A stretch of 60,104 bases of DNA from a virus (Duplodnaviria; Caudoviricetes): the IMG/VR virus record IMGVR_UViG_3300042545_000094, positions 1 through 60,104 of that record; one strand, 5' to 3'. Both the position numbers and the translations under genes were made by a program. This document shows, in pieces, positions 57,037-60,104 of the stretch. A model generated the notes under the pieces. It saw nothing but the letters and a program-made list of their open reading frames with translations. It was not told where the DNA came from and searched no databases. Within the stretch, counting starts at the first letter, position 1. Each line of letters opens with the position of its first letter.

Positions 57037-58281
57037 TCAGTTCTTAATATGTATCGTCTTACCCATAGGTGCAAACGTGTTCGGATTCCGAACGACTGTC
57101 CATAGCATCGGTGCTTCCCACTCATTACCCCAATCTCCTATACACCCATCGGTCAGCATGATGACTGCCTCAGGTTTAATGTTGTGTTCCTTAAGATAGT
57201 GATGCACACACGTAGGGTCTGTGCCACCACCGCCCATTGGTTTAGTAGAACTAACAATGTTAGATACATCATTAGCGTCATACACTTCATGTCCTGCTAC
57301 TGCACTATCCCAATAGATAAGGTCTACTTTCTCAGGGTGAACCTCGTCAGCAATTCCTTTCACTTCTGAAAGAAACTCATTCAACTCATGCCCACCGATT
57401 GAACCCGACGTGTCAATGCCAATCACCAGATGCCCAACTCTTTCTCCTATTAGGCTAGGCATATACACACCAGTGCCTAGGTATCGTCTGTTCACCCTAC
57501 GCCAACTGCTTGCATCTTTTGCACTACACGTAGACTTCACAAACTCACGTAGTAGCTCACGCCAATCCACCTCAGGCTCAAGTAACTCTGTTAGCTCTCG
57601 GTTCAAACCACCCGCACCATTACCATTTACTTTGTTATTAGCAATCACACCTTGGCGTAGTGCTTGGTCAATCTCACGTTCCAATTCCTTCTTGGTCTCG
57701 GCATCAAGTTCCTTCGCACCTTCCCAGTCATGGTCATCAAAGCCACCGCCACCTTCACCATCACCTTCAAGCGGTTGCCCTTCGCCGAACATACCTTCGC
57801 CATTCTTCTTGTCCTCTTTGAGTAGGTCAAAGACTTGCTTAGCGTTCATGCCACGATACTTCTCATCAACTAGTCCTATTGCCTTACCTTGATGATGTGG
57901 CATTGCAATAACATTGTTAGATTTATCCATGTCTAGCAACATAAGGTTAATCACATAGTCGCAAGCCATGTTCGCCAACTGTTTATCCTCGTCCCACAAC
58001 TTCTTCCAAGTGAACAAGTGTCGGAAAGCCTTGTGCAATGTTTCATGTAGCACAACAAACGCAAGCTCTCTGTCATCAAGCATCTTGATAAACTCACGAC
58101 CATAAGTTTCGTCCCGACCATTCGTGCAAGCGGTTGGAATATCATCTGACACGCGGGTCTTACCCACAGTCATCAAGCCCGACCACAAGGCAAACTTAGG
58201 ATTCCTCATAATAGAAATCTTAACTTTACTAAGTCGCCGCTCTTCTTTGTCTTTGACTACTACGCTAGGTGTATCTAACAT
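57037..58281 (-). CDS. Metallopeptidase-like plus VWA domain protein (DUF2201-like)
   Basis: TACTNG, LHETLH (HExxH), N.ACDY.IN; MIDAS DTSGS, GGGT, LTDG. GAGG RBS before ATG 58281. Confidence 0.85.
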   Translation of the reverse strand: MLDTPSVVVKDKEERRLSKVKISIMRNPKFALWSGLMTVGKTRVSDDIPTACTNGRDETYGREFIKMLDDRELAFVVLHETLHKAFRHLFTWKKLWDEDKQLANMACDYVINLMLLDMDKSNNVIAMPHHQGKAIGLVDEKYRGMNAKQVFDLLKEDKKNGEGMFGEGQPLEGDGEGGGGFDDHDWEGAKELDAETKKELEREIDQALRQGVIANNKVNGNGAGGLNRELTELLEPEVDWRELLREFVKSTCSAKDASSWRRVNRRYLGTGVYMPSLIGERVGHLVIGIDTSGSIGGHELNEFLSEVKGIADEVHPEKVDLIYWDSAVAGHEVYDANDVSNIVSSTKPMGGGGTDPTCVHHYLKEHNIKPEAVIMLTDGCIGDWGNEWEAPMLWTVVRNPNTFAPMGKTIHIKN

Positions 58282-58301
58282 TGTTAGTTTCCTCGGTTGG
58301 A

Positions 58302-59369
58302 TTAAAGTAAATCTTCGTTCTTCTGAACCCAGTCGGCGAACTTCGCACAACTGAAAGCTATGTTCTGTTTAGTCGGGGACTTAGCCACGTTGATAGCAAA
58401 GCACGCTTGCCACTCAGGTTCAAACTTCTCCAAGTAAGTCATAAATGGGGTCATTGTTTCCTTGGTAATCTTAGCGATTGCACCGAACACAATAATTGCA
58501 CACGCACCTGCACTCTCAGGGACTTTGGCGTTCTTCGGGTCTTTCATCACAGATTCCCACGTAGGCAACTGGTCTGAATAGTCAATGTATGCTTGCATAT
58601 CACGTGATGCTGATTCGCCCACCGCACCCGTCATTGCACATATCAAGCTATCCGTATCAATCTGAGAGCGAACGCTAACAATGTTAGATACACGCTCAAG
58701 TGAACGAGGCGATACGAACGCAGTCTGCATCTTCTTTGGGTTGTAGATATACGGGTTGTCTGACTGTGCGGGGTCGGTATAACTCGCTAGTGCATGGGGG
58801 AACTGGCGAACCCACGCAATAACTTCGGGTGCGATATTGTTATTGATAGCCCACTCAATCCATTGGTCTGAATCAGGCTTGCTTACTCGTAGCGGGATAA
58901 TACGATTGCGACTATGTGCCTTCAACGTATCGCCCACTCCGTCTGTGCTTAGGTTGCCTGTTAGAAACACAATAGATTCGGGGTGAACTGACACATCACC
59001 CAAACGTGGGTTGGCTACTTCCAATAGTGGGTGCAACATATTCTTAACTGGCTCTGCACCTTTGGTGAACTCATCTAACATTGTTATGACTGGCTTGCCC
59101 GTATGCACTTTGAATCTACTGTTAGGGTAGTAGGCAGTAGTCTTGTTCTCATGGTTGATAACTGGCATGGCAATATCGCCCAAGTCCATGTTCGGCACGT
59201 CAATGTATGCCACTTCATGTTGGGGTAGCTTTGCGGATAGCGACTTAAGTAGAGATGATTTACCAATCCCTGGCTCACCTTCTAATAAGTAGCGGTTCAT
59301 AGGTGTGGCAAGAATAATCTCGCTCGCTTGTTTTAACGTAACTGTTTTACCAAAATTGATTTCACTCAT
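58302..59369 (-). CDS. MoxR-like AAA+ ATPase
   Basis: GEPGIGKS, MLDE, TGN, NR, SPRS. Confidence 0.85.
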   Translation of the reverse strand: MSEINFGKTVTLKQASEIILATPMNRYLLEGEPGIGKSSLLKSLSAKLPQHEVAYIDVPNMDLGDIAMPVINHENKTTAYYPNSRFKVHTGKPVITMLDEFTKGAEPVKNMLHPLLEVANPRLGDVSVHPESIVFLTGNLSTDGVGDTLKAHSRNRIIPLRVSKPDSDQWIEWAINNNIAPEVIAWVRQFPHALASYTDPAQSDNPYIYNPKKMQTAFVSPRSLERVSNIVSVRSQIDTDSLICAMTGAVGESASRDMQAYIDYSDQLPTWESVMKDPKNAKVPESAGACAIIVFGAIAKITKETMTPFMTYLEKFEPEWQACFAINVAKSPTKQNIAFSCAKFADWVQKNEDLL

Positions 59370-59526
59370 TTGCTTTTCCTTTTTAAAAACTTTTTGTTAA
59401 TTTGCATGGCAATCCTGCCACTTCTCGTTTACTCATATTGTGCTACCCCTAACAATGTTAGAACGGATTCTGAAATCCTTTAAGCGTTCCGAAATCCTGA
59501 AATCCTTAATTCTCAACATATACTAT

Positions 59527-59555
59527 ATTGTAACACAAATAATACTCATAGTCAA
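59527..59555 (-). promoter_or_regulatory. Strong sigma70 early promoter
   Basis: TTGACT-N17-TACAAT with extended -10 TG. Confidence 0.8.
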
Positions 59556-60031
59556 ATTCCTTCGTGGAACTTTTCCCAACCCGATTGGAAGAAACGTAGA
59601 TACTGGTCACGCTTCAACTCACCATCAGGTAGCTCAACTTCCTTGAAGCACTCTTCTCTGTGGATTCCCCAAAAGAGATTTCTAACAAAGTTAGGTAGCT
59701 CGGTTACTTGCCACTTGTGCATTTCAACACCATCTTCAGCCCAAAGAACATTGCCTTTTGAGCGTGCCAAAATAAGAAGAGCATGATAGTAACTGACGTG
59801 CTTCGTCTCCTCATTTGTGTCGTTGATGCAAGTAACGAACTGACGCAAAGTTTGCATGAAGGCTTGGTAGTGCGGACGTGATAAGTCCCCTTGGTGATTT
59901 AAAACACCATGACCATCTACACCAAATGCTTCTTTGTATTCATTACCACTGAACCTCACATTGCCTTGGTCGTTCACACGTAGCTTGATGACGTTCTCCA
60001 TGTAGGTCATGAATCCCTCGTAGCGTTTCAT
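59552..60031 (-). CDS. Hypothetical early protein
   Basis: 159-aa ORF in the early arm. Confidence 0.7.
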   Translation of the reverse strand: MKRYEGFMTYMENVIKLRVNDQGNVRFSGNEYKEAFGVDGHGVLNHQGDLSRPHYQAFMQTLRQFVTCINDTNEETKHVSYYHALLILARSKGNVLWAEDGVEMHKWQVTELPNFVRNLFWGIHREECFKEVELPDGELKRDQYLRFFQSGWEKFHEGI

Positions 60032-60104
60032 AACTTTGTTAGAACCCGTCCGATTGATATGGTGAATGATTGCTTTCGGTGCGTTCGCAGGTGTCCAATA
60101 CCCT

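Larger units (their letters stand above)
53607..60042. repeat. Dispersed array of palindrome CTAACAWTGTTAG (12 copies in this interval)
   Basis: Exact copies start at 53607, 55844, 57251, 58275, 58675, 59449. One-mismatch copies start at 55132, 56951, 57908, 59075, 59682. A two-mismatch copy starts at 60030. Confidence 0.92.

Noticed and set aside
56760-57594. Weaker palindrome variants CTAACTGTTAG (56760) and GTAACTCTGTTAG (57582)
   Set aside because: Altered spacing or three mismatches; not counted in the array.
56951-59087. Round-number spacing of palindrome sites (58275/58675/59075 are 400 bp apart; 56951/57251 are 300 bp apart)
   Set aside because: Other intervals (367, 374, 233, 657, 712) do not fit a period; treated as coincidence beyond a loose 300-400 bp density.
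53607-60042. Palindrome array as a CRISPR array or REP/IS element
   Set aside because: Repeats are only 13 bp, irregularly spaced and inside ORFs; no cas operon or transposase is present.
1-60104. tRNA genes, introns/inteins, DGR and direct terminal repeats
   Set aside because: No cloverleaf, reverse transcriptase or interrupted polymerase/terminase was recognised, and the window ends do not overlap. Not excluded without tRNAscan or Infernal.

Overview
The window looks like an almost complete (~60 kb) genome of a tailed dsDNA phage with podovirus-like organisation. The host is not identifiable from the sequence alone. There are two opposed arms. The + strand (1173-38216) carries packaging, head, tail, lysis and ejection genes: terminase, portal, GroES, scaffold, major capsid protein, fibres, a gp38-like adhesin, holins, an M15 endolysin and a 2148-aa ejection protein. 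The - strand (60031 down to 38307, apparently continuing at 590-90) carries early and replication genes: MoxR-like AAA ATPase, VWA/metallopeptidase, VRR-NUC, family A DNA polymerase, glycosyltransferase, FkbM methyltransferase, PD-(D/E)XK nuclease, SNF2 helicase, SSB-like protein and primase-helicase. I saw no integrase, tRNA, rRNA or CRISPR array. The most unusual signals are: (1) a 13-bp palindrome CTAACAWTGTTAG with 8 exact and 6 near-exact copies, confined to the early arm and mostly inside genes in different reading frames; (2) a [MFYL]-[AKRS]-x-G-G peptide motif repeated across small basic and ejection proteins, next to a tape-measure-like GPG..SD.IPA..GE domain, suggesting a targeting or maturation system; (3) an unannotated 49-aa secreted peptide with six Cys; (4) three candidate structured RNAs; (5) apparent total absence of GATC. 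All functional calls come from reading motifs by eye, with no database searches.
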